Shown in pieces: positions 45,324-54,897 of a stretch of 64,000 nucleotides of DNA (within the stretch, counting starts at the first letter, position 1; every line of letters starts with the position of its first letter). This DNA is from an uncultured Acidobacteriota bacterium (GTDB lineage: Bacteria > Acidobacteriota > Vicinamibacteria > Vicinamibacterales > UBA8438). Both the position numbers and the translations under genes were made by a program. The notes below the pieces were generated by a model. That model was not told the DNA's origin. It ran no database searches and worked only from the letters and a program-made list of their open reading frames with translations. The stretch is from positions 1-64,000 of the forward strand of contig CAJWLU010000013.1 of NCBI GenBank assembly GCA_913043225.1, given 5' to 3'.

Positions 45324-47255
45324 ATGGGTGAGTCACAGCTCGAGCAGGTCGGTTCAGACGAGCTGTTCTACGTGCCGGCGTCGGCGTTCACCGCCTTGGC
45401 GGCGTCGGAGCTTTCCCGGGAAGACCGGGCGTTGGTCTTTGCGGCCTACGTCCGGATCAATGTGCTCTACAGCATCGCGCGCGCCTGGTCCGGGCATCCC
45501 GGCACCTGTCTCAGCTCCGTCGATCTAATGACCTGGCTGTTTCTCCACCGGATGGAGGGCCTCGGGCAAGGCGACGACGGCTGTGACCTTTTCTTCTCGT
45601 CGAAGGGGCACGATGCGCCAGCGCTCTATGCGGTGCTGGCAGGACTCGGACTGCTCGATTTCGATCTGCTGCATCGGCTGCGACGGGTCGATGGACTGGC
45701 CGGGCACCCGCATGTCGAGACGCCGTTCATCCAGGCCAATACCGGTTCACTCGGGATGGGGATCTCCAAAGCTAAGGGCATGGCGATCGCCAACCGTCTC
45801 GCTGGGAAGCGTCGCCGGATCTATGTCTTGACGGGAGATGGGGAACTCCAGGAGGGCCAGATCTGGGAGTCACTCGGCTCGGCCGTCGAGGGGAAACTGG
45901 ACGAGATCACGGTCATCGTCGACCACAACAAGATCCAGTCCGACACCTGGGTGGAGGAAGTTGCTCCGCTGGGAGATCTTGAGACGAAGTTCGCCGCGTT
46001 CGGATGGCGGGTCGAGCGATGTGACGGCCATGATTTCACCGCGATTGACGAGGCGCTCGAACGGCTCGATGCGGTCGCTGGGATTCCCAAGGTCCTGATA
46101 GCCGACACGGTCAAGGGGAAGGGGATCTCGTTCATGGAAGGCCCGACGGCGTTGGCGGCCGACGACCTATATCTCTTCCATAGCGGCGCCCCCAACGAGG
46201 CGCAGTACGAGCGCGGTTCGGCCGAATTGTTCGAGGCGGCACGCTCGGTGCTGACCCGCACGTCGCTGGGTGAGTTGCCGCTCGACACGGGGCGGCGACC
46301 GCCGAGAAAGCCGGTACTTGCTGTCGAACGTCTCGTCGACGCCTACTCGCGCGCGTTGGTGGCACAGGCTGAGAAGCGACCGGAGATCGTGGTTCTCGAT
46401 GCCGACCTGGTGAAGGACTGTGGACTCCTCGAGTTCAGGAAGCGCTATCCCGACCGTTTCCTGGAGTGCGGAATCGCCGAGCAGGACATGGTGTCGCAGG
46501 CCGGGGGACTGGCGCGTCGCGGGCTGATCCCGGTCGCGCATTCCTTCGCTTGTTTCCTGTCGACCCGTCCTAACGAGCAGATCTACAACAACGCCAGCGA
46601 GGGCACGAAAGTCATCTACGTCGGGTCGCTGACCGGCTTGCTGCCCGGCGGACCGGGCCATTCCCACCAGTCTGTTCGCGACATCTCCGCGCTGGCTGCG
46701 ATCCCGAACCTCGTCCTGCTCGAGCCGACCTCCGAGTCCGAGGTGGAGGCAGTGCTGGCCTTCTGTCTCGATGACACCGACGAGAGCAGCTATATCCGGC
46801 TGGTCTCGCTTGGCTGGCCGTTGCCCTTTGCGATGCCAACGGTCGAGCGGCTTACTTCCGGCCAGGGCACTCAGGTCCGACCAGGTACCGACGTGCTCAT
46901 GATCGGCGCGGGCCCGTGGCTCCTCTCCAACGCCTGGCATGCCGCCGAGACCCTCGAGAAGGCCCATGGGGTCGGTGTCGGCGTGGTCGCGCTCCCGTTC
47001 CTGAATCGCGTCGACCAGGTGTGGTTGGGTGACCTGGTGTCCGGTGCCCGGCGGGTGATCACCCTCGACAACCACTATGTTGATGGAGGCCAGGGGCAGA
47101 TGCTGGCCAGCGCCCTGGCCGAACTTGGGGCGTCGGTGCCCGTGACTAGAGTCGGTGTCGATGCTCTTCCGGTGTGCGGTACCAACGACGAAGTGCTGGC
47201 GCATCATCGCCTCGATGTGGAGGGGCTGGTCGAGCGGGTACAGCAGCTGCTGTAA
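45324..47255 (+). CDS. Single-chain transketolase-family TPP enzyme
   Basis: GHPG, SKGH, TGSLGMG, GDGELQEGQIWE...N, GIAEQDMV and HSHQS. Confidence 0.9.
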   Translation: MGESQLEQVGSDELFYVPASAFTALAASELSREDRALVFAAYVRINVLYSIARAWSGHPGTCLSSVDLMTWLFLHRMEGLGQGDDGCDLFFSSKGHDAPALYAVLAGLGLLDFDLLHRLRRVDGLAGHPHVETPFIQANTGSLGMGISKAKGMAIANRLAGKRRRIYVLTGDGELQEGQIWESLGSAVEGKLDEITVIVDHNKIQSDTWVEEVAPLGDLETKFAAFGWRVERCDGHDFTAIDEALERLDAVAGIPKVLIADTVKGKGISFMEGPTALAADDLYLFHSGAPNEAQYERGSAELFEAARSVLTRTSLGELPLDTGRRPPRKPVLAVERLVDAYSRALVAQAEKRPEIVVLDADLVKDCGLLEFRKRYPDRFLECGIAEQDMVSQAGGLARRGLIPVAHSFACFLSTRPNEQIYNNASEGTKVIYVGSLTGLLPGGPGHSHQSVRDISALAAIPNLVLLEPTSESEVEAVLAFCLDDTDESSYIRLVSLGWPLPFAMPTVERLTSGQGTQVRPGTDVLMIGAGPWLLSNAWHAAETLEKAHGVGVGVVALPFLNRVDQVWLGDLVSGARRVITLDNHYVDGGQGQMLASALAELGASVPVTRVGVDALPVCGTNDEVLAHHRLDVEGLVERVQQLL

Positions 47256-47291
47256 ACCGGTGGCCAGGTCATCTCTCGGGCGGGCGACCGA

Positions 47292-48440
47292 GTGACCCGA
47301 GTCAGACTGTTCAGTATCATCGCGGCATCGGGAGCCGGCGGCGCCGAGCAGGTGTTCGCGACCCTGCTACAAGGGTTGGACCCGGCACGATACGAGGTGG
47401 TCGTGGCTTGTCACGGGCAAGGCAGCATGACCGCCACCTACGCCCGCCATGCCGTTCAGGTGACCAATCTGGATCTGGTCCGCCTGCGGCCCCACACTGT
47501 CAGACACCTGGCCGCATTGATGCGCGACGCCCGATGCGATCTGGTACACACCCACCTCTGGACCGCCGATGTCCTCGGCGGATTGGCCGCGCATCTTGCT
47601 GGGGTCGGCGCCTGGGTGAGTAGCGTCGCCGGCGCTTACTTTCTGCCGTTCGATGTGACCGGCGCGCGTCGCGTTCGACGCCTCGCGATGTCGCGCCTGT
47701 ATCGCTCCATCTATCGCGGATGTGACCGGGTCATCGCCCCGTCTCACTACGTGGCCAACGATCTACGGACCCGGCCGGGAATCGGGGTGCCGGAGGGACG
47801 CATTGAGGTCATCGAGAACGGGGTTGATATGGACGGCCTCGAACGCGTCGCGCACCGGGGCGTGTCGGGCTCAGGGGATCGTTGGGGGGCTGGTGCTCCG
47901 CGGGTGGCCGTGGTCGCGAACTTCTTCCCGATCAAGGGGCATCGGTATCTGCTCGAGGCGGTGCCTGCTGTGCTTCAGAGCTTTCCTGACGCTAGTTTCG
48001 TCTTGGCCGGCGATGGACCGACGCGGCCGGAGATGCTAAGACGGGCGAGGGAACTGCGGGTCGACGCTCGGGTCACCTTCCCTGGCGAGATTTCGGATGC
48101 GCTCGACCTGATGCGGGCGAGTGACCTCGTCGTCCTCCCATCGCTATCCGAGGGGCTCCCGATCACGCTCGTCGAAGCGATGGCGTTGGGGCGCCCCGTA
48201 GTGGCTACCCGAGTGGGCGGGATCCCTGAGGTGGCGGACGATGGTGTGACCGCGACGCTTGTGCCGCCTCACAACGCCTCGGCGCTCGCGTCGGCCATGG
48301 TAGGCGTGCTTGGTGATACAGAGCTGGCCGAGCGGTTGGCGCGCGCTGGTCGGGCGCGCGCACGTAAACATTTCTCAGCCTCCAGGATGGTGCAACGCAC
48401 GGACGCTGTCTATCAGGGGCTGGTCGGTGGCACCACTTGA
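47292..48440 (+). CDS. Glycosyltransferase family 4
   Basis: GGAE, LVHTH and PSLSEGLPITLVEAMALG. Confidence 0.92.
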   Translation: MTRVRLFSIIAASGAGGAEQVFATLLQGLDPARYEVVVACHGQGSMTATYARHAVQVTNLDLVRLRPHTVRHLAALMRDARCDLVHTHLWTADVLGGLAAHLAGVGAWVSSVAGAYFLPFDVTGARRVRRLAMSRLYRSIYRGCDRVIAPSHYVANDLRTRPGIGVPEGRIEVIENGVDMDGLERVAHRGVSGSGDRWGAGAPRVAVVANFFPIKGHRYLLEAVPAVLQSFPDASFVLAGDGPTRPEMLRRARELRVDARVTFPGEISDALDLMRASDLVVLPSLSEGLPITLVEAMALGRPVVATRVGGIPEVADDGVTATLVPPHNASALASAMVGVLGDTELAERLARAGRARARKHFSASRMVQRTDAVYQGLVGGTT

Positions 48441-49618
48441 TGCTGACCGGTCGCACCATCGTTTGCCTGTCGTCCATCGACTGGGACTTTCTATGGCAGG
48501 CGCATCAGCAGGTCATGGCCTCGCTGGCCGCGGCGGGCAACCGGGTGCTCTTCGTCGAGTCGACTGGGGTACGAGCACCGACGCTGCGCGATCTCCCACG
48601 GTTGTGGCGGCGTCTTCAGGGCGGTGGACGCGGTCATGGCCGGCGACGTCCTCCGGACGCGGTCAGCGTGTACTCACCCGTGCTCCTGCCGTTTCCCTAC
48701 GCCGCCTGGGCTCGCGCCGTGAACCTGCCCCTGCTTGAGCGGGCGGTGCGGCAGCGGATTGCAGCCTGGGGCGACCCGGCCCCAATTGTCTGGAGCTTCC
48801 TTCCGACCCCACTTAGCCGCGCCTTGGGGGAACGGCTGTCCCCAGCACTGTCGATCTTTCATTGTGTTGACCATCTGTCCTCGAGTTCGCCAGCAGCCGC
48901 GCGATTGCGGCAGAGCGAAGTCGAGAGCTTTGCTCGCGCCGACGTGGTGTTTGTGACCTCCCATGCCCTTCGCGATTTGGCGCGGGTCCACAATTCGGAG
49001 GTCCATTTGGTGCCGTCGGGCGTCGACCTGGGCCGCTTCGAGGCCGTGGACCCTACGGCGCCGCTCCCTGAGGATCTGCGGGACATCGCGCGCCCGGTCA
49101 TCGGATATCTCGGCGGCGTGCACCAGTGGCTCGACCAATCTCTGCTCGCCACCCTGGCCGAGCGGCGACGAGATTGGAGCTTCGTGCTCGTCGGGCCTCG
49201 TCAGACCGACGTAAGCCAGCTGGAGCGACAGCCCAACGTCCACCTGCTGGGTACCCGTGGGCCAGACACCGTCCCCGACTATCTCCGTGGCTTCGACGTG
49301 GCGACGGTGCCCTATCGTCTGGCCGAGTACACCCACCACGTCTATCCGGTAAAGCTGAACGAGTATCTCGCCATGGGCCTGCCGGTGGTGTCGAGCCCGC
49401 TGGCTGAAGTGGAGCACTTCAACCGACGTCACGACAGCGTGGTGGCGGTCGCTGGTACGCCCGAGGCGTTCGAGGCGGAGATTGCCTCGGCACTCGACGC
49501 GTCATCTACGGCGGTGGCTGACGCCCGTCGGGCGGTCGCCCGCGCCAATAGCTGGCCGGTTCGTCTAGACGTCATGAGCGGCGTCATCGAGGATGCCCTG
49601 GCCGCTCGGGTGGGCTAG
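48440..49618 (+). CDS. GT-B glycosyltransferase (GT4-related, DWDFLWQ type)
   Basis: SSIDWDFLWQ, IGYLGG and YPVKLNEYLAMGLPVV. Confidence 0.88.
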   Translation: MLTGRTIVCLSSIDWDFLWQAHQQVMASLAAAGNRVLFVESTGVRAPTLRDLPRLWRRLQGGGRGHGRRRPPDAVSVYSPVLLPFPYAAWARAVNLPLLERAVRQRIAAWGDPAPIVWSFLPTPLSRALGERLSPALSIFHCVDHLSSSSPAAARLRQSEVESFARADVVFVTSHALRDLARVHNSEVHLVPSGVDLGRFEAVDPTAPLPEDLRDIARPVIGYLGGVHQWLDQSLLATLAERRRDWSFVLVGPRQTDVSQLERQPNVHLLGTRGPDTVPDYLRGFDVATVPYRLAEYTHHVYPVKLNEYLAMGLPVVSSPLAEVEHFNRRHDSVVAVAGTPEAFEAEIASALDASSTAVADARRAVARANSWPVRLDVMSGVIEDALAARVG

Positions 49619-49632
49619 GCGAACGACAAACC

Positions 49633-51561
49633 ATGTGCGGGATTGCCGGCACACTTGACATGAAGCTGGGAGCGACCACTGATCCGCGGGTCGTGGAGCG
49701 AATGACCGAGACGCTCCGTCATCGAGGACCAGACGACGGAGGAACCTGGACGGATGGTGGGGTAGGGCTGGGGAGTCGCCGGCTGGCGGTTATCGACCTG
49801 TCGCCCCGCGCTCGTCAGCCCATCGCCAACGAAGATGGCCAGGTCCGGGTCGTGTTCAACGGCGAGCTCTACAACTTCCTCGAGCTACGTACCGAGCTTG
49901 AGTCCAAAGGGCATCGGTTCCGTTCTGGTACCGACACCGAGGTCATTGTGCACCTCTATGAAGAGGAGGGCGTGGCCTGCGTGCGGCGGCTAGACGGCAT
50001 GTTCGCGTTCGCGCTCTGGGACGCTAGGGCTCGACAGCTGCTTTTGGCCCGTGACCGTCTCGGGCAGAAGCCGCTGTGCTACTACGAGGCTGGCCCGTTG
50101 CTGGTGTTCGGGTCTGAGCCGAAGGCGGTGCTGGCCGACCCACGAGTGCCGGCCGAGCCCGACCTCGAGGCGCTCGACCATTTCTTGACCTACGGGTATG
50201 TGCCGGCGCCGTGGAGCGCCTTCCGGCATCTGCGCAAGCTGCCTCCCGCACACTACCTCGTTGCCCGAGATGGTCGCACGGCCATCCACCGGTACTGGTC
50301 CCTGCCTTACCTACCGAAGTACACCGGGGCCAGGGAGGAACTGGTCGAGGAGCTCGACGCGCTGTTGGATCGGGCGGTCCGCCGACGGCTGGTCTCGGAC
50401 GTGCCCCTGGGCGCGATGCTCAGTGGAGGGTTGGACTCGAGCGCCGTGGTGGCGCTCATGCGGCGTTCGGTTACCGGGCCGCTCAGAACTTTCTCGATCG
50501 GGTTCGAGGCGCCCGAGTACGACGAGCGCTCCTCCGCCCGAGCGGTTGCCCGGCGGTTCGACACAGAGCATCACGAGCTGGTCGTTCGTCCTGACGCTGC
50601 GGCCTTGTTATCCCGTCTCGCCTATCACTACAACGAACCGTTCGCCGATTCCTCGGCCTTGCCCACCTGGTGCCTGAGCGAGCTGACTCGCCGGTCGGTG
50701 ACGGTGGCGCTCAGTGGCGACGGCGGTGACGAGTCGTTCCTTGGCTACGACCGGTACGCCGGAGCGCAGCTGGCCGCCCATCTGGATCGGGTGCCGGCGT
50801 TCGGACGTCGGGCACTCGCCGCCCTGGCCCGTCAGCTTCCTGCGGGAGGAGCCAAGAGCATGTGGTCGCAGCTCCGGCGCTTTGGCGGTGGACTTGCCGA
50901 GCCACCACCACGCAGATACGGGCGCTGGCTGGCGATGACGCTGGACCACCAGAAGCGGGCGCTCTGCACCCCGGAGTTCCGAGCGCTGTCTGGGGCTCCA
51001 GACTCACTCGGACTGCTCGAGGCGCACTGGCGTGGGGCGGAGGCCGCTGGCGTTGAGCGGTTGGTTGCCACCGACATCCAGATGTATCTGCCGGATGACC
51101 TGCTGGTGAAGATGGACATCGCGTCGATGGCGCATTCGCTGGAAGTACGGTCTCCGTTTCTCGACCACCACGTCGTCGAGTTCGCGGCGCGAGTGCCAGC
51201 TAGCTTCAAGCTACAACGCGGCCGTACCAAACCCTTGCTGGCGGATGTGGTTGCCCCGTCACTTCCACCGTCGGTGCTACGCCGACGCAAGATGGGGTTC
51301 GGGGTGCCGATCGAGCACTGGCTGCGCGGCGACCTCCGTGAGCTGGCCCACGATCTGCTGCTGTCGTCCCGCGCCCTCGGTCGGGGCTATTTCGTGCGGG
51401 GGACGCTGGAGCGGTATCTGTCCGAGCATGAGCGTGGCGAGGCACAGCATCATATGCGGGTGTGGGGGTTGATGATGCTGGAACAGTGGCATCGCACCTT
51501 CATCGACCGGCGGCCCGATGGCACCGCCTCTCCGGCCTCCATGACGAGCGGTTCGGTATGA
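49633..51561 (+). CDS. asnB: Asparagine synthase (glutamine-hydrolysing) family amidotransferase, probably glycan-modifying
   Basis: N-terminal MCGIAG, RLAVIDL, FNGELYN, LSGGLDSS, SGDGGDE and LEVRSPFLD. Confidence 0.95.
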   Translation: MCGIAGTLDMKLGATTDPRVVERMTETLRHRGPDDGGTWTDGGVGLGSRRLAVIDLSPRARQPIANEDGQVRVVFNGELYNFLELRTELESKGHRFRSGTDTEVIVHLYEEEGVACVRRLDGMFAFALWDARARQLLLARDRLGQKPLCYYEAGPLLVFGSEPKAVLADPRVPAEPDLEALDHFLTYGYVPAPWSAFRHLRKLPPAHYLVARDGRTAIHRYWSLPYLPKYTGAREELVEELDALLDRAVRRRLVSDVPLGAMLSGGLDSSAVVALMRRSVTGPLRTFSIGFEAPEYDERSSARAVARRFDTEHHELVVRPDAAALLSRLAYHYNEPFADSSALPTWCLSELTRRSVTVALSGDGGDESFLGYDRYAGAQLAAHLDRVPAFGRRALAALARQLPAGGAKSMWSQLRRFGGGLAEPPPRRYGRWLAMTLDHQKRALCTPEFRALSGAPDSLGLLEAHWRGAEAAGVERLVATDIQMYLPDDLLVKMDIASMAHSLEVRSPFLDHHVVEFAARVPASFKLQRGRTKPLLADVVAPSLPPSVLRRRKMGFGVPIEHWLRGDLRELAHDLLLSSRALGRGYFVRGTLERYLSEHERGEAQHHMRVWGLMMLEQWHRTFIDRRPDGTASPASMTSGSV

Positions 51562-52796
51562 GCCAGACTTCCGTGCCTCCGTCCGAGCCCGTTCGCGTGC
51601 TCCGAGTCATTGCTCGCCTGAACGTGGGTGGGCCGGCGCTCCACGTGTCATTGCTGAATTCCGGCATGCACGCCGAGCGGTTCCGGTCCTGGCTGGTGAC
51701 CGGCACCGAGAATCCTGGGGAAGGGTCGCTCCGGAGCTACGCGGAGGCGAGGGGGATCGAGCCGATCGTCATTCCCGAGATGCTTGGGCAGGCTACCCTC
51801 GCTCCGCGTGACGCGATCGCGCTGGCGAAGATGATCCGGTTAGTGCGGTTGGTCCGACCCCACGTCGTGCATACCCACACCGCCAAGGCCGGCTTTCTGG
51901 GGCGGGTTGCCGCCCGAGCGGCCGGGGTGCCGGTGGTGCTGCACACCTACCATGGGCACGTGCTCAGCGGGTACTACGGCCGGCTGCGTACCACGGGCCT
52001 GCGTATGATGGAGCGCGGGCTGGCGCAAATTACCGACCGGTTGATTACTGTCAGCGACCGGGTCCGCGACGATCTCGTCGAGTTTGGCGTCGCGCCGGTA
52101 GAGCGATTCACGGTGGTGCCACTCGGTCTAGATCTGGCGCCGATGTTCGCCTCGGCGGCTCACCGCGGTGTACTCCGCCGGGAGCTGGGGGTACCCGATC
52201 GCGTGCCCGTGATCGGCATCATCGGTCGTCTTTTTCCGGTCAAGAACCACCGGTTGTTCCTCGATGCGGCCGCCCGCGTGGCTGAGCGTCATCCAGAGGC
52301 TCGTTTCCTCGTGGTCGGTGACGGTCCCTTGCGGACCGATCTTGAGCAGCACGCCCGCAAGATCGGTCTCGCAGATCGCGTTATCTTCACCGGTTGGCGC
52401 CACGATCTCCCGGTGATCTACGAGGGGCTCGACCTGCTGGTGGTGTCGTCGGTGAACGAAGGGACGCCGGTGTCGGCGATCGAGGCCATGGCGGCTGGAT
52501 GCCCTGTAGTCGCCACGCGAGTCGGCGGACTGCCTGATCTGGTTGACGACGGTCGGACTGGTCAGCTGGTGCCGCCTGGTGACGCTGAGGTGCTGGCCCA
52601 CGCGATCTCGACGCTCGTCGCCGACCGCACACAGGCCGCAAGGCTCGCGGACGCTGCGCGGGTCGAGGTCGAGCGACGGTTTCTCGCTTCGCGTCTGGTT
52701 GATGACGTCGAGCGGTTGTATCTCCGGCTGCTCGCCGCCAAAGGGATCACTGCGGGAGTACGTAACGAGGCGTCCGCGGAAGAGCCGGTGTCATGA
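51558..52796 (+). CDS. Glycosyltransferase family 4
   Basis: RLNVGGP, HTHTAKAG and NEGTPVSAIEAMAAG; paralogous to 5789..6970. Confidence 0.92.
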   Translation: MSQTSVPPSEPVRVLRVIARLNVGGPALHVSLLNSGMHAERFRSWLVTGTENPGEGSLRSYAEARGIEPIVIPEMLGQATLAPRDAIALAKMIRLVRLVRPHVVHTHTAKAGFLGRVAARAAGVPVVLHTYHGHVLSGYYGRLRTTGLRMMERGLAQITDRLITVSDRVRDDLVEFGVAPVERFTVVPLGLDLAPMFASAAHRGVLRRELGVPDRVPVIGIIGRLFPVKNHRLFLDAAARVAERHPEARFLVVGDGPLRTDLEQHARKIGLADRVIFTGWRHDLPVIYEGLDLLVVSSVNEGTPVSAIEAMAAGCPVVATRVGGLPDLVDDGRTGQLVPPGDAEVLAHAISTLVADRTQAARLADAARVEVERRFLASRLVDDVERLYLRLLAAKGITAGVRNEASAEEPVS

Positions 52797-52848
52797 TGCC
52801 CAAGCCGCTCGCGCAGGAGCGACGGCCGAGATGGGTGGGAGGATACGG

Positions 52849-53883
52849 ATGCGCACATTGTTGAGGCGGCTGCTGGGGCTGGCCTCTGCGGTCCAAATGG
52901 ACGAGGCGCTCGAACGCCTGCGCCGGATCGACGCGACCCTCGAGTCACTCGTGGGAGCGCGGGCCGGTGATGAGGGTCGTGCGCACGAAGCCTTGCTTCG
53001 GGAGATTGCCGATCGGGCCCGTGGCATCCAGTCGTCGGCGCGGCGGACCGACGGCAACGTACAGACGCTGCTCCGTCGCGCCTACCTCAACGACACGCAG
53101 GATCCCCACCAGGACCTGGTGCGCCACCGCTTCCGGATACAGTCTCAAAACGAGGAAGATGGGATCACGCTGGCGCTGTTCGCCAGAATCGGCGTTGTCG
53201 GCCGCTGTTTCGCCGAGCTCGGCGCAGGTACCAATGGAGGCAACTCCGGGTTCCTCGCGCAGGAGTGCGGCTGGTCCGGGCTGATGGTGGAGGCCAGCGA
53301 GGGGCGCGTCGAACGGCTCAGACAGCGGTTCGACACCGAGCAGGTGCAGGTCAACGGCTCCTGGATCACACGCGAGAACGTGAACGATCTGCTGACTGAT
53401 CACGGACTCGCCGGCGAGATCGATCTAGTCAGCATCGACATCGACGGAAACGATTACTGGGTCTGGGAGGCGTTGACGGCGACCCAGCCCAGGGTCGTCA
53501 TCGTCGAGTTCAACGCCTCGTTTGGCGCCACCCGACGGGTCGTGGTGCCGTATGAGGCCGAGTTCTCACGAGAGACCAGCGAGCGGCCGCATGCCTACTA
53601 CGGCACCTCTCTCGGTGCCTTGGCGAGCCTGGCTGATCGCAAGGGGTACCGGTTGGTGCTCGTGGAACCACGCGGTATCAACGCCTACTTCCTGCGCAAC
53701 GATGTTGGCGCCGACCTCGACGGGGTGTCCGCGGAGACCGCCTACGCCCGTTCGGCCGCCGGCATGGGCGCTGCCAAGGTGGCCGCTAAGCACGATGGCG
53801 ACGTCGTGTCGGCGTTCGAATCGGCTGGACTGCCGTTAGTGGACCTCGACCGTGACGAGTCGTTTGGATCGGTGGGGCGGTGA
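52849..53883 (+). CDS. FkbM-like SAM methyltransferase with N-terminal amphipathic helix and coiled coil, paralog 3
   Basis: SD GGGAGG then ATG 52849; SQNEEDG, ELGAG and SIDIDGNDYWVW. Confidence 0.85.
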   Translation: MRTLLRRLLGLASAVQMDEALERLRRIDATLESLVGARAGDEGRAHEALLREIADRARGIQSSARRTDGNVQTLLRRAYLNDTQDPHQDLVRHRFRIQSQNEEDGITLALFARIGVVGRCFAELGAGTNGGNSGFLAQECGWSGLMVEASEGRVERLRQRFDTEQVQVNGSWITRENVNDLLTDHGLAGEIDLVSIDIDGNDYWVWEALTATQPRVVIVEFNASFGATRRVVVPYEAEFSRETSERPHAYYGTSLGALASLADRKGYRLVLVEPRGINAYFLRNDVGADLDGVSAETAYARSAAGMGAAKVAAKHDGDVVSAFESAGLPLVDLDRDESFGSVGR

Positions 53884-54896
53884 TGGGCCGACTGCGTTAC
53901 TGGCTCTGGAGACGCTTGGGGTTGGCTTCTCTGGAGGAGGTGGCCACGCTGTCTGACAGCGTGGGCGGCCTGGCGCGGGAAATGCGCCAGGCCGCGGCGC
54001 GGGCCGAGAAGCGAGCCGTCCGTCACACCGCCGCCTTAACTCGTATCGAGGAGCGATTTGGCACACCGACTCGCGGGCTCGACGGTCGGATCCGACATGT
54101 CGAGCGTAATGTGAACGCACTCGTGCGAGGGCACTATGTGGACCAGGCGACCCTACCTTTTCCGCACAATGTGCTCTCTCAGCGCTTCCACCTCTGGTCG
54201 CAGAACGAGGAAGACGGGATCACGCTGGCACTGTTCAAGCTGATCGGAGCCATCCACCGGACCTTCGTAGAACTGGGCGCTGGGGTCAACGGGGGCAACT
54301 GCGGCATGTTGGCCGAGGTGTGCGGCTGGCGGGGCCTCATGGTGGATGGCAGCGATGCGCGGGCCGCGAAGCTGGCTACCCGGTTCGGTCGATTTGGCGT
54401 CGAGACCGCCGGAGCCTGGATCACGGCCGAGGGTGTGAACGAGTTGATTGGGGGGCACGGCCTCGAAGGCGAGATCGATCTCCTCAGCCTGGATATCGAT
54501 GGCAGCGACTACTGGGTGTGGAAGGCGCTCGATGTCGTGTCGCCCCGGCTTGTGATCGTCGAGTTTAACCCCGCCTTCGGCGTGCAGCGCGCCGTTACGG
54601 TGCAGTATGATCCCGCGTTTGACCGAGAGCGGTTCAAGCTGGTGACGCCGCACTTCTACGGGGCGTCGCTGGCCGCATTCACCCAGCTTGGCGCTCAGAA
54701 AGGCTATCGACTCGTGGTTGTGGAGCCGCGCGGCGCCAACGCCTATTTTCTTCGGGACGATGTGGCAGCCGATTCCATTCCTGAGGTTCCGGTTCGCAGG
54801 GTGCACCCGTCTCCGGGTGAGGACGCAGCTTCGCTCTTCGAGCTGATCGAGCGAGAGCAGCTGCCGCTCGTTGATCTCAATGCGTCGGACGCCTGA
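53883..54896 (+). CDS. FkbM-like SAM methyltransferase with N-terminal amphipathic helix and coiled coil, paralog 4
   Basis: SQNEEDG, FVELGAG, SLDIDGSDYWVW and YGASL. Confidence 0.85.
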   Translation: MGRLRYWLWRRLGLASLEEVATLSDSVGGLAREMRQAAARAEKRAVRHTAALTRIEERFGTPTRGLDGRIRHVERNVNALVRGHYVDQATLPFPHNVLSQRFHLWSQNEEDGITLALFKLIGAIHRTFVELGAGVNGGNCGMLAEVCGWRGLMVDGSDARAAKLATRFGRFGVETAGAWITAEGVNELIGGHGLEGEIDLLSLDIDGSDYWVWKALDVVSPRLVIVEFNPAFGVQRAVTVQYDPAFDRERFKLVTPHFYGASLAAFTQLGAQKGYRLVVVEPRGANAYFLRDDVAADSIPEVPVRRVHPSPGEDAASLFELIEREQLPLVDLNASDA

Positions 54897-54897
54897 G

